A stretch of 64,000 nucleotides of DNA from Polyangiaceae bacterium (lineage in GTDB: Bacteria; Myxococcota_A; Polyangia; Polyangiales; Polyangiaceae), in NCBI GenBank assembly GCA_033763455.1, contig JANRKO010000059.1, positions 18,375 through 82,374 on the forward strand, given 5' to 3'. Positions 1-14,187 of the stretch are shown piece by piece. A model generated the notes under the pieces. It ran no database searches and was not told the DNA's origin. It saw only the letters and a program-made list of their open reading frames with translations. The stretch's first letter is position 1, and every line of letters begins with the position of its first letter. Made by a program: the position numbers and the translations under genes.

Positions 1-149
1 TCGTTCAACCGATCTTCGATGGTTTCAGCACCCAAATGGCGTCCAGCGGCGGGACGCAAGAACATCCAGCCGGAGAGGCAACGTCCGTTCCTGAGCAGCA
101 CTTCCACCCGTTGACTGTGCGTTTCCAACTGAAAGTCGCTGTCGCTCAT
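1..149 (-). CDS. hypothetical protein, 5' part (runs off window start)
   Basis: ATG at 149 preceded by AGGGAA; open frame MSDSDFQLETHSQRVEVLLRNG... to the window edge. Confidence 0.55.
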   Translation of the reverse strand, partial: MSDSDFQLETHSQRVEVLLRNGRCLSGWMFLRPAAGRHLGAETIEDRLN

Positions 150-371
150 GGTTCCCTGCCTCGAAACGAGATTTGTCCAGCTTGATAGGCGGCAGCTCGG
201 CCCGGGCAGTTAAGGGCCGTGGCCCTCAAATTGAGACAACACATAGGTGTAGGCGCGAGTAGGATCTTCGCTCCGCCGAAGCTTTTTTTGCCCAAGGAGC
301 CACCTTCATTGGCTTGTGGACGCAAGGCGCACACTCAAAGGGCCGTAGTGGGCATGGGAACGTAGTCTTTC

Positions 372-1940
372 ATGCCATCCACTGACTTGAAGATAACCCA
401 AAGTTCTGGCCCCGCAGCGGCGCGCTTGGTGATGGTGGAGGGTCCACATGTGGGGGAACGTTTCAACCTCTCGGCTAGCATCATCATTGGTCGCTCAACG
501 CTCGCAGACATTTGCGTCGAAGACGTTGGGGTTTCTCGAAAGCACGCCCAGGTCAAAAGAACTGATGATGGTGTGTATGTTATCAGCGACTTGCAAAGCA
601 AAAACGGCGTTTACGTCAATGAGAAGAAGGTTGAAGAACTGGCGCTAGCGCCGGGGGATAAGATCAGGCTCGGGCCACGCGCTACGTTCGTCTTTGGTTA
701 CCTGGATCCGGTTGAGGAGCAACTCCGCCAGAAGCAGAGGCTTGAAACCCTGGGTCGTGCCTTGGCTGGCATTGCGCATGATCTCAACAACGTAGTGGGC
801 GCACTCTCCGCGAATACCGATTTTTTGGCCAGAATGAACCCGAGCGCCACCTTTGAAGGCGCCGAGGTCACAGCCGCGCTAGAAGATATGAAGCTTGCGG
901 CGGTGCAGGCGCGCAACCTAACCCGCAGTGTCGTCAATTTTGCCCGTGGAAAGGCCGCAAGTTTTGGGCTCGTGGATATGTCGGAGCTCTGCCTTGAAAC
1001 CATTCGTTTGGCCCGCCATGCACTCGGGCGTAGCGTCACCGTCGAAACGGATATTGCTCCCAAGTTGGTGGTTCGGGGTTCGCAATCAGAGCTGCAGCAA
1101 GCTCTGATGAACCTTTTGGTCAACGCGCGTGATGCCATGCCTGAGGGCGGCCACCTGAAGGTTTCGGTGAAATCACTAAAAGGCAAAGATTGCCCGAAGG
1201 TGCTCGATCTAACCGCTGGCGACAGCTACGTAGTATTGGAAGTTGCTGACAGCGGCGCCGGAGTGCCTCCTGAAATATTGCCCTATATCTTTCAGCCCTT
1301 CTTCACAACGAAGGGTCATGGCAGCGGTGCGGGCATTGGGCTCGCTACGGTCAAAGACGTGGTCGGGCTGCACAAAGGGCGGGTGGACGTGCAGAGCAAG
1401 ATGGGGCTTGGCACAACGTTCCGAATTTACGTGCCTCGACTCGAAATCGAGGCGCCTGTGCGCTCCGGCTCCACCGGAAAGATGCCCGCAGTCGCGCTGC
1501 CTGGAACGAACCCCAACCTTGGCAAGTTGATTCTAGTCGTCGACGACGATCCGCTAGTGCGGCGTGCGGTCTCTCGTGTTCTGGTGCGGGAGCAGTACGA
1601 AATTGCCGAGGCGGAGAGTGGCAAAAAAGCGATTGAGCGCTACCTCCAGTACCCGCAGCCCGTGCTCGTATTGATGGATCTCGACATGCCCGGAATGAGC
1701 GGGGAAGAAACCTATCGCGAGCTGCTCAAGATCGATCCCGGCGTGCTGGTGGTGCTGTGCTCGGGCCGTGTGGATCTGGACCCAAGCGCCCGCGCCGGGG
1801 CCATGGGGGCGGCGGCGACTCTGCAGAAGCCGTTCAGCGGGGACACACTGCGAGCGACCTTAGCGACACTGTTAGCTCAGACCTCAGCGCTCGACGACGA
1901 AGTGACCAAAGCACACGGCGATTTGAGCAAATTTCGCTAG
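372..1940 (+). CDS. hybrid sensor histidine kinase/response regulator with N-terminal FHA domain
   Basis: FHA motifs IIGR...VSRKHA...SKNGVYVN; H-box GIAHDLNN; N/G boxes NARDAM, DSGAG, FFTTK, GAGIGL; receiver LVVDDD...LMDLDMP...LQKPF. Confidence 0.9.
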   Translation: MPSTDLKITQSSGPAAARLVMVEGPHVGERFNLSASIIIGRSTLADICVEDVGVSRKHAQVKRTDDGVYVISDLQSKNGVYVNEKKVEELALAPGDKIRLGPRATFVFGYLDPVEEQLRQKQRLETLGRALAGIAHDLNNVVGALSANTDFLARMNPSATFEGAEVTAALEDMKLAAVQARNLTRSVVNFARGKAASFGLVDMSELCLETIRLARHALGRSVTVETDIAPKLVVRGSQSELQQALMNLLVNARDAMPEGGHLKVSVKSLKGKDCPKVLDLTAGDSYVVLEVADSGAGVPPEILPYIFQPFFTTKGHGSGAGIGLATVKDVVGLHKGRVDVQSKMGLGTTFRIYVPRLEIEAPVRSGSTGKMPAVALPGTNPNLGKLILVVDDDPLVRRAVSRVLVREQYEIAEAESGKKAIERYLQYPQPVLVLMDLDMPGMSGEETYRELLKIDPGVLVVLCSGRVDLDPSARAGAMGAAATLQKPFSGDTLRATLATLLAQTSALDDEVTKAHGDLSKFR

Positions 1941-1988
1941 GCGCGCACGCGTGCGAGCGCCAGGGCTCCCCGGAGCTGTTTCGGTGGA

Positions 1989-2441
1989 TTACTTACCTGG
2001 TGCGGGAGCTGGTGCAGGTGCACCGGCAGCTGTCGCTTCTTTTGGTTTCGTGAAAGCGATCTTGTCGATACCGTTGCGCTTGAGTGCATCAAGCACTTTG
2101 ATGACCAGGCCGTGTTTGGCTTTCGGATCGCCACCAATCACGGCCTTCACGTCGGGGTTGCCCCTCTTCGCGTCTCTGGCGCGCTGGGCAAGTACGTCCA
2201 CGTTCGGGATGGATTCGTTGTTCAAGAGCAGCGTCTGTTCCCCAGTGATCTTAACGCTGAGTAGTTCCACCGGCGGACCGCCAGAGGGCCCGCCGGCGGG
2301 CAGCTCCATCTTCAAACCCTGCGACAGCACAATCTTCGCCGTCACCATCATGATGATCAGCAACACCAGGGTCACGTCTACGAGGGGCGTCACGTTGATG
2401 CCGGCAATCATTTCGTCAGAGTCTGAACTTGCGCGTGCCAT
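1989..2441 (-). CDS. ExbD/TolR family biopolymer transport protein
   Basis: Signature INVTPLVDVTLVLLIIMMV; C-terminal GD...HGLVIKVLDALK..GI.KIAF. Confidence 0.9.
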   Translation of the reverse strand: MARASSDSDEMIAGINVTPLVDVTLVLLIIMMVTAKIVLSQGLKMELPAGGPSGGPPVELLSVKITGEQTLLLNNESIPNVDVLAQRARDAKRGNPDVKAVIGGDPKAKHGLVIKVLDALKRNGIDKIAFTKPKEATAAGAPAPAPAPGK

Positions 2442-2610
2442 GCTGGGTCCTCTGTGGATCTATCGCTTTAACCCCAAGCGTTCACCGTTCGGGGCGGGGC
2501 CGGGACCCTAGCACGCACTTTCCGGTGGCCGGAAAAGGTTCCTGCATTTGCTCGATTTTTCCCGCAATTCACCGTCTTGAAGCCCGATCCCGTGGTCAAA
2601 AGTCATCCGC

Positions 2611-4251
2611 TCAGCGGAAACGGGCCCGTTCCCGCAGCGCATGATTGAGCACCTTACTCAACTCTTCATGCACTCCATGGGTGTTTGTCGCCCCGCGGGC
2701 TCGGGGGAGGGCTGTCGCGGCGGGGAGGCGGCTGTCCGCGACGAAGAATTCGAGGGGGAGCTGACGGTTCGGGCACTTGGGGCTCGGGTCAGCCGTGGGG
2801 TTGTCCCAGTAAGAGTTCATAAGTTCGCCGGCGCAGGGGTCGGTGATGATGCCGTGGGCTTGCCCATTAAAAGTGAGGGCCCGGCCGTTCGAGAGGCTCC
2901 TGGCCGCCGATTGCGCCCATGCCGGCGGGGTCACCGGATCAAGCGCTCCGCTCAACAGCAAGATAGGAAGAGCGCTGGTTACCGCTGTGTGTTCTGCAGG
3001 TGCGGCCGCCTGCACGTTCCACGTTTTGCAGACGGAGAATAGTTCGATTGAAGAGAGCGCTTTAACAATAACGGGCGGGACCGCTCGGTTCGCCTCTTCG
3101 GTGGCCGCTGCGGATGAAAACGGAACGTAGTCACTACACACCACCGAAAAGTACATTCCGATCGAGAAGGAACCATCCGCCACTGCACTTTGGTCGCTGA
3201 GGCTCAATTGCTCAAAGAAGCCAAAATCACCCTCCGAAAGTTGAAAGATCAACTCGGGCATAAAGCTGACGGCGGGGGCGCTGTAACTCAGATTAAAGAT
3301 GAGTGACGTTAATAAGTCACCGCTTACCCTGAACCTGCCACCCTCTTGGTTGGTAACAAGCTTGGGCTCTGCGTTGAGGCGATTGGCAAGGTCGTAAAAG
3401 CGGGTCTCAAGGTTGGGGTAGCCGAGCGCGCAACTCGCTTGCTCGATGCAGCTCCGGAAAACGGCGTCTAGGGAGCGCTTGAAGTTCACTGGCCCGCTCG
3501 CGGCAAAGTCGACGTCAGGTGGGAGCACAGAATCCAAGATCAAGCTTTCCACACCGCCTGGGTAGTAGCGGGCGACGTCTAGCCCCAGACGCGTCCCGTA
3601 AGAAACGCCCAGCAAGTGCCACTTTTCGTACCCCAGCGCCCTTCTTAGATCATCCACATCGGAGGCGTTTTCGTGGGAATTATAGGCGTCTAGCAAGGTC
3701 GACTGAGAGAGCTCATTCCGGCACGCGAGGAGCTGGGAGTCCGCGTCCGAAGGTGCAGCGGCGCCCGAGAGGCCCGGCATGGGTGTGGCCCCGAGGTTCG
3801 GGCAATCGAGGCGCGGTGTGGCGAAACCTGTCCCTCGCTGATCGAACACCACGAGGTCACGTTGCTTGATGAGTGGCCTGAAGAAATCATCGAAGCTACT
3901 TACAACGTTGGCGATAGCATGGCCCCCAGGGCCACCTTCCAGATACACGACCGGTGGCAGCTCTCTTGCACCGGGCGAAGGGCTGCGAAAGACTACAACG
4001 GGGAGGCTGAGCTGGCGCCACATGGGATTGGCGTGCGACTCGGGAACCTGGAGCTGACCACATTCGGCAACGACATCGGGCATCGGCAATGGGCAATCCG
4101 ACCCCACCAAGCGCCCATCCGCGCTGTTAGGCAACGGATTCTGTACGCCCACAACCCACGGCGGCGGTTTAGGATCCTCACTGCTGCAACCCGCCTCGAT
4201 CAGCGCGACTCCAAGTGCTGATACCAGTGCAAGTGCGTTAAAGAATCTCAT
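2611..4251 (-). CDS. alpha/beta hydrolase lipoprotein (TAP-like peptidase family)
   Basis: Lipobox IEAGC; GGPGG, DQRGTG, GVSYG nucleophile elbow, DPVTP and GQAHG; start taken at MRFFNAL. Confidence 0.85.
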   Translation of the reverse strand: MRFFNALALVSALGVALIEAGCSSEDPKPPPWVVGVQNPLPNSADGRLVGSDCPLPMPDVVAECGQLQVPESHANPMWRQLSLPVVVFRSPSPGARELPPVVYLEGGPGGHAIANVVSSFDDFFRPLIKQRDLVVFDQRGTGFATPRLDCPNLGATPMPGLSGAAAPSDADSQLLACRNELSQSTLLDAYNSHENASDVDDLRRALGYEKWHLLGVSYGTRLGLDVARYYPGGVESLILDSVLPPDVDFAASGPVNFKRSLDAVFRSCIEQASCALGYPNLETRFYDLANRLNAEPKLVTNQEGGRFRVSGDLLTSLIFNLSYSAPAVSFMPELIFQLSEGDFGFFEQLSLSDQSAVADGSFSIGMYFSVVCSDYVPFSSAAATEEANRAVPPVIVKALSSIELFSVCKTWNVQAAAPAEHTAVTSALPILLLSGALDPVTPPAWAQSAARSLSNGRALTFNGQAHGIITDPCAGELMNSYWDNPTADPSPKCPNRQLPLEFFVADSRLPAATALPRARGATNTHGVHEELSKVLNHALRERARFR

Positions 4252-4452
4252 CCAGATTGCCTTTCGGAGGGTTACTGGTTCGAGCACCCCCCGAACCTCA
4301 CCTATGCCTATCACCGCGTCTCAGAGCAGGCCACAGCTTGCCGGAACGCGAGCCGGCGTGCACCCCTTGGTCCGGATCTACGGCGAGATTCGGCGAAATT
4401 TCGCAGCTACCCTGGGCCTTTGAGCCCCCTTTGCTAGGGTACCCGCCGGGCC

Positions 4453-8189
<3,737 letters not shown>

Positions 8190-8459
8190 TGCCCCGCGGG
8201 ATCCCTGGAGCCGCGTTGCTTGTCGCCCAGCGTCTCGAATTGAGCCGCCAGTTCCGGCAAAGCTTGCGACCAGGTTCGGGTCGGAGTAACAGCCCAAAGC
8301 TAGGCTATTTTATTAATTTCGGCTTCTCGATCTTCCGCTCTGACGGCCGGCCGATGCCATGCTACCTTTAGAGACTTAGTGGCACAGCACCTCCCTGCCA
8401 CGCACGCTAGCAACCTGAGCGCACTCAACCACAGATTCAGCCACCGGGGTTAACCACGA

Positions 8460-9587
8460 ATGTCTATAGACTCGACGCCCGCCGTAACAAGTCCACCCAA
8501 TGGCCCTGCCAGCCAGAACAACAGCCTGCCGCGAGCACCGATGAATCCAGCACCGAAGCAAACGCCGCGTGAACCCAGAAGCCTCCTCTTCTATCTCTTA
8601 TATGCCGCCGGCATGCACGCACTGGTCTTGGTTTTAGCGGGCTTCATCAAACATCAGCCACCGCCCCCACCTCCGCCGGACGAAACGCTGATAGAGTTTG
8701 TTCAGCCTGAGGCACCCGAACCGGAGAAGCCGCAGCCGATCAAGGAGGAGCCAAAACCCGAGCCGACAGAGGCACCGGCCCCTGCTCCGAGGCGTGTGGA
8801 GAAGTTTGTTCCTCGCGCTGTAGAGCCGCCTCCCCAGGCCGTTCAGGAGCAAACAATCGCGGACGAGCTTGCGACGGTCGACAATCCCAATTCACCCGAG
8901 AAGAGCTGGGTGCCCCCGACGCGCACGACTGAACCTCCCAAGGAGGATGTCCCGGTCGTTCCGCAGAAGACGCTTTCTTCAGCGTTTGCAGGTGCCATCA
9001 AAGGTAGGCAGGGCGGCTTCGGCCGTTCTACAGGGTCTGCCGTGGGCACGGGTGACGGCCCGGCGGGCCTCGGTAGCCTCGGCAAAGGCAAGAGCAGCCT
9101 ACCGATGGTCTCGGGCGTGGGCGTATTCGGTAGCGGCAAGAAGGGTGCTCTCAAGGGATCTCTTTGCTTTATTCCGCAAGACACCCGCAGCCTCACGCAG
9201 GTCACGCGCTGTACGGCTGTTGGCATCATGTACACCAATGCGCTCAACATTTCGAAGCGCAGGTTCACCAGTGGGTTCCCCGGTGTGGACGAGCGTTTTG
9301 AGTGGTTTGCCCTCGACTATGTCGGGAAGTTCACCGTGAAAACTGCCGGGAATTATACGTTTCGAATCGCTTCCGACGACGGCTCTTTAGTTTGGGTGAA
9401 TGGCAAATTGCTCATCAACAACGATGGCTTGCACCCTCTGAAAAGCAAGGCGAACGCCATTGAGCTTGAAGCGGGTAGCCACAAGATTCGGGTACTTTAC
9501 TACCAGGGGCCTCGTGTTGATATCGCACTCCAGCTCTTTGTGACGCCACCAGGCGAGCAGGAGCGGCTCTGGGGTCCAGAGCTCTAA
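8460..9587 (+). CDS. membrane-anchored Pro-rich protein with C-terminal PA14 domain
   Basis: N-terminal TM helix, Pro/Glu-rich linker, PA14 motifs YTFRIASDDGS..NNDGLH..HKIRVLYYQ. Confidence 0.8.
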   Translation: MSIDSTPAVTSPPNGPASQNNSLPRAPMNPAPKQTPREPRSLLFYLLYAAGMHALVLVLAGFIKHQPPPPPPPDETLIEFVQPEAPEPEKPQPIKEEPKPEPTEAPAPAPRRVEKFVPRAVEPPPQAVQEQTIADELATVDNPNSPEKSWVPPTRTTEPPKEDVPVVPQKTLSSAFAGAIKGRQGGFGRSTGSAVGTGDGPAGLGSLGKGKSSLPMVSGVGVFGSGKKGALKGSLCFIPQDTRSLTQVTRCTAVGIMYTNALNISKRRFTSGFPGVDERFEWFALDYVGKFTVKTAGNYTFRIASDDGSLVWVNGKLLINNDGLHPLKSKANAIELEAGSHKIRVLYYQGPRVDIALQLFVTPPGEQERLWGPEL

Positions 9588-9610
9588 GCTTCACTGAGCC
9601 AGAGCGAAGA

Positions 9611-9645
9611 GCGCCCGGGACTTAAGTGTCTCGGGCGTTTTTTTT
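9611..9645 (+). terminator. rho-independent terminator
   Basis: Stem GCGCCCGGGAC / GTCTCGGGCGT followed by a T-run, just after the stop at 9587. Confidence 0.75.
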
Positions 9646-9819
9646 GCAGGCGGCTGAGGCCTTCGGGTACCGAGGGTTTGTCCTCGATCTTTGAGGAGAA
9701 GCGGTTTCATGTTCTCGCTTCTTCTGACTGCATGTTATTCTCTGAAAATCGGCGGCTCGAGTGCGAGATTCGCCTGTTTTTGCACATTTGTCCCCCAAAC
9801 CAAACGGGAGTTCAGAGGC

Positions 9820-10938
9820 ATGTCGCGAGACCAAAAGCCTGTGGGTGTTCTGTATTCTAACGGCTCCAGCAGAGAACGGCGTGGGATCCTTTATTACCTA
9901 TCGTATGCAGCCGGGTTACACGCTCTCTTCTTCGGCTTAACGGCGATGGCGCGCAAAGAGCCGCCGGAAGTCAGGCCTTCATCGCTTACTGTCCTCACGG
10001 TAGAGCAGCCAGTGCTGATGGAGCCGCCTCCACTCGAAGTGCAGCCAGCGCTGGCGGAGCCGCCGCCAGTTGAAGAGAAGCCGGTGGTAGAGGAGCCGGT
10101 GAAGGCAAACACTCGCGAGTCGCCGCTCCCTAGCCCGAGCAGCGCGGACCAACGGGTGGCAGGGGAATCGATGGTCTCCAAGTTACCTTCGGCTTCTCTG
10201 CCCACCGATGAAGCACAGGGGATTGAGAAAGAGCTCGATGAACTTGGTAGCTCAACAAGCGTGCGCCCACCGCGTGACCCTCAACGGAGCGTGAACCAGC
10301 CGGATGAGGCAGCGGGCACTTCGCCAACGCCGCGGCTCCCCGAAGCCTTTCGTCCGCGGCCGCGCGGAAATCTCGATACCCGAGATGGTTCAGAAATAGG
10401 CGAAAATGGCCCGAGAGGGGTTGCCCGGTGGGGCAAGCGCCCGTCTGGCCCACCCCACATTTCAGGGCGAACTATTTGGGGCGAAGCTGGCAAACAGGCG
10501 CTCAAGGGAACGCTCTGTTTCCTATCTCCAGGAACACGCAGCTTAGTAGCCGTAAAGCGCTGCGTTGCGGCGGGCACCTTCTATACCAACTCGCTCAATA
10601 TTCCCAAGCGGCCGTTCACTCAGGGTTTCCCGGGGATTAGTGACCGCTTTGAGTGGTTCGCCATCGACTATAACGGAAAGTTTACCGTGAGGCAGTCTGG
10701 CAAATACGTGTTCCGCGTGGCGTCAGACGACGGCTCTATGGTGTGGGTGGATGATGGTTTGCTCCTGAACAACGATGGCTTGCATCCGGTGCAAAGTAGA
10801 GCCAATGCTATTTTTCTCTCGGAGGGCAGTCACAGGTTGCGGCTGCTTTATTACCAAGGCCCACGCGTCGACGTTGCGCTGCAGTTGTTTGTCACCCCGC
10901 CGGGTGGCACGGAGCGGTTGTGGGGGCCAGAGCTTTAG
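9820..10938 (+). CDS. PA14-domain protein, tandem paralog of 8460..9587
   Basis: Same architecture; near-identical C-terminus (ERLWGPEL); GAGG before ATG 9820. Confidence 0.8.
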   Translation: MSRDQKPVGVLYSNGSSRERRGILYYLSYAAGLHALFFGLTAMARKEPPEVRPSSLTVLTVEQPVLMEPPPLEVQPALAEPPPVEEKPVVEEPVKANTRESPLPSPSSADQRVAGESMVSKLPSASLPTDEAQGIEKELDELGSSTSVRPPRDPQRSVNQPDEAAGTSPTPRLPEAFRPRPRGNLDTRDGSEIGENGPRGVARWGKRPSGPPHISGRTIWGEAGKQALKGTLCFLSPGTRSLVAVKRCVAAGTFYTNSLNIPKRPFTQGFPGISDRFEWFAIDYNGKFTVRQSGKYVFRVASDDGSMVWVDDGLLLNNDGLHPVQSRANAIFLSEGSHRLRLLYYQGPRVDVALQLFVTPPGGTERLWGPEL

Positions 10939-11702
10939 AGCCGCTTTCGAAGCGCAGCCCAACGAAGCTTCCACACCACGAGCACGGCTTCGGCGAAAAT
11001 ACGCCGATTCATCTTCGAACGGCCGAGCTCGCGATCCACAAATACAATCGGTACCTCGACGACTTTCAGCCCCTTGTTGAGTGCCCGAAAGGTCATTTCG
11101 ATCTGGAATGAGTAACCGTTGGAGTCCACGCGAGAAAGATCGATGGCCTCGAGCGCTTGGCGAGTGAAGCCCTTGTAGCCGGTCGTAAGGTCTCGAACCT
11201 CTACACCCAGGATCGTCCGCGAATAGAGGGAGCCACCTTTTGAAAGGATGTGGCGGTCGAGGCCCCACCCCTCAATGCCACCGCCAGCAATGTTGCGCGA
11301 CCCCACGATCACGTCGGCACCGGCTTTGAACGCTGCAAAAAAGTCAGGGAGGTATTGGGGGTTATGCGAGTGGTCGGCGTCCATCTCGATGAAGTAGTCG
11401 TAGCCTTGGCGTAGGGCCTGCTTGAAGGCGCTCACATAAGCTGTGCCGAGCCCAAGCTTTTTTGATCGGTGCATGACTCGTACCCGCGGATCTCGCCGGG
11501 CCAATTCATCGGCCAGATCACCTGTGCCGTCGGGTGAGTTGTCGTCGACGATCAAAAGGTGCGCGCCAGGCGCCCATAGGAATACGCTGCTCGCGAAGGC
11601 TTCGATGTTGTCACGCTCGTTGTAAGTAGGCGTAACGATGAGTGTGCGTTCGCCGGGGACGGCGCCCGCGGCTGCGGATGTGGAGTTGGAGGAGGCGGAC
11701 AT
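10935..11702 (-). CDS. polyprenol monophosphomannose synthase-like GT2 glycosyltransferase
   Basis: PTYNERDNI, VDDNSPDGT, MDADHSH, GYSFQIEM. Confidence 0.9.
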   Translation of the reverse strand: MSASSNSTSAAAGAVPGERTLIVTPTYNERDNIEAFASSVFLWAPGAHLLIVDDNSPDGTGDLADELARRDPRVRVMHRSKKLGLGTAYVSAFKQALRQGYDYFIEMDADHSHNPQYLPDFFAAFKAGADVIVGSRNIAGGGIEGWGLDRHILSKGGSLYSRTILGVEVRDLTTGYKGFTRQALEAIDLSRVDSNGYSFQIEMTFRALNKGLKVVEVPIVFVDRELGRSKMNRRIFAEAVLVVWKLRWAALRKRL

Positions 11703-11729
11703 GGGCCGGAGGGGAGCGTGGCGCGCCTT

Positions 11730-12545
11730 TTAGCGAGAGATCCGTGTCGCTTGGAAGTCAAACTCGACCAGGGCCTCGGGACTGAGCGTTTTCCCCAATT
11801 CTTTGGCCTTTTCGCTCACAACGACATCGTTGTCCGTGCGTGGGAGTACGGAGTGCGCCAAAAGCGAAACGACGATCGGAGAGCGACTCTTGACGCGAAT
11901 GCTCTCCGGAAAGGACGTTGCGCTTACGGCTCCCACATAGACAAACTCCAGAGTAATCGGGGCCGACTGCCGGACGCGGAAACCGTGTAACAAGAGTTCG
12001 CCTAGTGCTACGGCCTGCACGCGGTGAACCTCGGTTATCGTGTCCTTTTGAGACCCACCAACTTTAGGTGCATACAGGGGGGCCGGTGCGCTGAGCTCAG
12101 TTAGCGAGGAAAGCGTGAAGGTTGCCCAGCGGCGAGCGTTGCGGTCAGCCGTGGGTACGGCTTTGCCAAGGCCAAACCACGCCAACGCTTCGGCTGAATA
12201 CGGAAACTCTTCGCTTCCCTCGAGTGCGTCAATCGGCCCAACCTGCACGCTTGAAACATCTAGGTCCAAGCTTGCCCTGGAGCGCGACAGATCCTTTGCA
12301 TCCAGCGTGATTTGGCCGCGTACGTCCGTGAAACGACCTTTAAGCGGGAGACCCTTGGTCTTTAGGTGAAAGGTGGCAACACCGTCGGCTTTAAAAGCGT
12401 AGAGCCCGAGCCCCAGGCTGGAGCGACTCGCTGCGACCGGCCCGACCTCAGGCTCACCTGGTTCGTGGCGTTTGGAACAGGCCAGTTGCCCCAGGCTCGC
12501 GCTGATAAACAAAATTCCTATAAGAACTCGCCACGACGACTTCAC
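11730..12545 (-). CDS. YceI-like lipoprotein
   Basis: Lipobox QLAC; GRFTDVRGQITLD...LDLDVSSV and GELLLHG resemble YceI; start uncertain (GTG 12545). Confidence 0.6.
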   Translation of the reverse strand: MKSSWRVLIGILFISASLGQLACSKRHEPGEPEVGPVAASRSSLGLGLYAFKADGVATFHLKTKGLPLKGRFTDVRGQITLDAKDLSRSRASLDLDVSSVQVGPIDALEGSEEFPYSAEALAWFGLGKAVPTADRNARRWATFTLSSLTELSAPAPLYAPKVGGSQKDTITEVHRVQAVALGELLLHGFRVRQSAPITLEFVYVGAVSATSFPESIRVKSRSPIVVSLLAHSVLPRTDNDVVVSEKAKELGKTLSPEALVEFDFQATRISR

Positions 12546-12577
12546 GCCCACTTTATCTGGTGCGGCAAAGGGCTGGG

Positions 12578-14050
12578 TCAATGCCAGAATCCGATCCCAA
12601 TGCTCGAGGCGAAGTAATCCCTGGCAATATCGCCCACAAATCCAATCCGCCAAAAAGCTGGGTCGTCTAATACCCCAAACAGTGACCAGTTGAGCACGTT
12701 GAAGTCGGCGCCCAGGGTGCCGTGAATACGCATGCTCTCAGGGTTGGTTCGGAAGCGAGTCGGCTCAATATAGCTGCCCACGCGGACTTTGATGTGATAC
12801 GGCCAAGGTTCGCTTTCGACTCCTATCCGTGGGGAGAAGATCGTCGCTTGCCCGGAGCGATTCACCGTGCGGCTCAGGAATGCCTCAACGCCTACGGCGT
12901 CGGCGGAGGCGCCGGAAATCTGAAGCGCTGCGCTCACCAAGACATAGTCGCGTGGGAGCCGGCGAAAACGGGCTCGTAACATCTTCGAGAACGCACGCCG
13001 AGCTTGTTCCAGTTGTGATTTCTCAATCGAGGCCAGAAGTGCTCGATCGGCGGCGGTGGTGCCACGAGGGCGATTCAAATCGCCTGCGGTGGTCGGTTTA
13101 TTCGCGGCCAACTCGCGCTTGCGACGACGTTCAAGTCCGAGTGCCACCGAATGTACTAGTTCTTGTGGGTCGTACCAGCGCGGGTTGAGCGGGCGGCCTC
13201 CGAACTGATAGGCCGCGCCCAAGTTCAACGTCCAAGGTAAGCTCACGCGGCTGGGTAGGTACATCGGATCGGTCTCCGCGTAGAGCACTTGTTGGTTCTT
13301 GCCTTCGGTTGTTTCCGAGGTAACGGCGCCTTGAAAGGCGGCGCCAAGTCTGAAACTTTCAGCGGTTGGGCTTAGAATTACACCTACCTCTGGAGCGTTC
13401 CCTGCCGTCGCGAAGAGTGTCTGATTGCTGCCTGCGGTGACTACGTTTTGGTTTACGACACTGAGGCCCGTGCCACGTATGCCGACACCGAACATCAGCT
13501 GGTGATTCAAGGCGGCATAGGCCAGATCCAGATGGTAAAAGGAGATGCGTGCGCGTAGGCCGTCAGCTCCTGTAGTAACGGCTGTGGGTTCACGGTTCAC
13601 CGAGTACTGCTGGAGGCCGGTGGCAGCCCCGAGCCCCCACGGGCCGATCTGGAGTGCGCCCGCGATGTCTACGAACACGAAGTCGCCCTCACGTGTTGGG
13701 GGAAGCTGTGTCTTGCCTTTGCCTGTGTTGAAAAAGTCCGAGTTTGCAATCGTGGAGGGAAAGGTGATGCCCGCGGAGAGATCCCAATCCACTCGGTCGA
13801 AAGACCAAACGGGGCGCGCTGCCGGTGCTGCCGGATTCTGGCCGATGCCGTCCACGCCCTGCGCCAACGCAGTGTAGGCCCCGCCCAAGCCCATGGCCCG
13901 GCTACTTTCGACAACTGGACCTTGAAACAGATCGACCGCGTAGCTGTTTGTCTCGATCCGTTCACCATTGCCGGGCAACGCGGCTCGCACGGTTCGGGGG
14001 GCTGCGATCAAACTTGCGCTGAGGGCCAAATATAAAAGTGGGTGACGCAC
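12578..14050 (-). CDS. putative outer-membrane beta-barrel protein (FadL-like N-terminus)
   Basis: Signal peptide; [13 protein letters not shown]...NPAA motif; aromatic C-terminus; start uncertain. Confidence 0.55.
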   Translation of the reverse strand: MRHPLLYLALSASLIAAPRTVRAALPGNGERIETNSYAVDLFQGPVVESSRAMGLGGAYTALAQGVDGIGQNPAAPAARPVWSFDRVDWDLSAGITFPSTIANSDFFNTGKGKTQLPPTREGDFVFVDIAGALQIGPWGLGAATGLQQYSVNREPTAVTTGADGLRARISFYHLDLAYAALNHQLMFGVGIRGTGLSVVNQNVVTAGSNQTLFATAGNAPEVGVILSPTAESFRLGAAFQGAVTSETTEGKNQQVLYAETDPMYLPSRVSLPWTLNLGAAYQFGGRPLNPRWYDPQELVHSVALGLERRRKRELAANKPTTAGDLNRPRGTTAADRALLASIEKSQLEQARRAFSKMLRARFRRLPRDYVLVSAALQISGASADAVGVEAFLSRTVNRSGQATIFSPRIGVESEPWPYHIKVRVGSYIEPTRFRTNPESMRIHGTLGADFNVLNWSLFGVLDDPAFWRIGFVGDIARDYFASSIGIGFWH

Positions 14051-14187
14051 ACCGTCCTCAAAGCTGTTCCGCGCTATCGAGCCTAGGCGTCGATCTGGCA
14101 AGCGAGAGTGGGGTCATGGGTGCAAACCGGCCCCCTCTACCACGGGAGGGCCTCGACGGCGTCGTTCTGCGCGATATAGTCGGTGCC

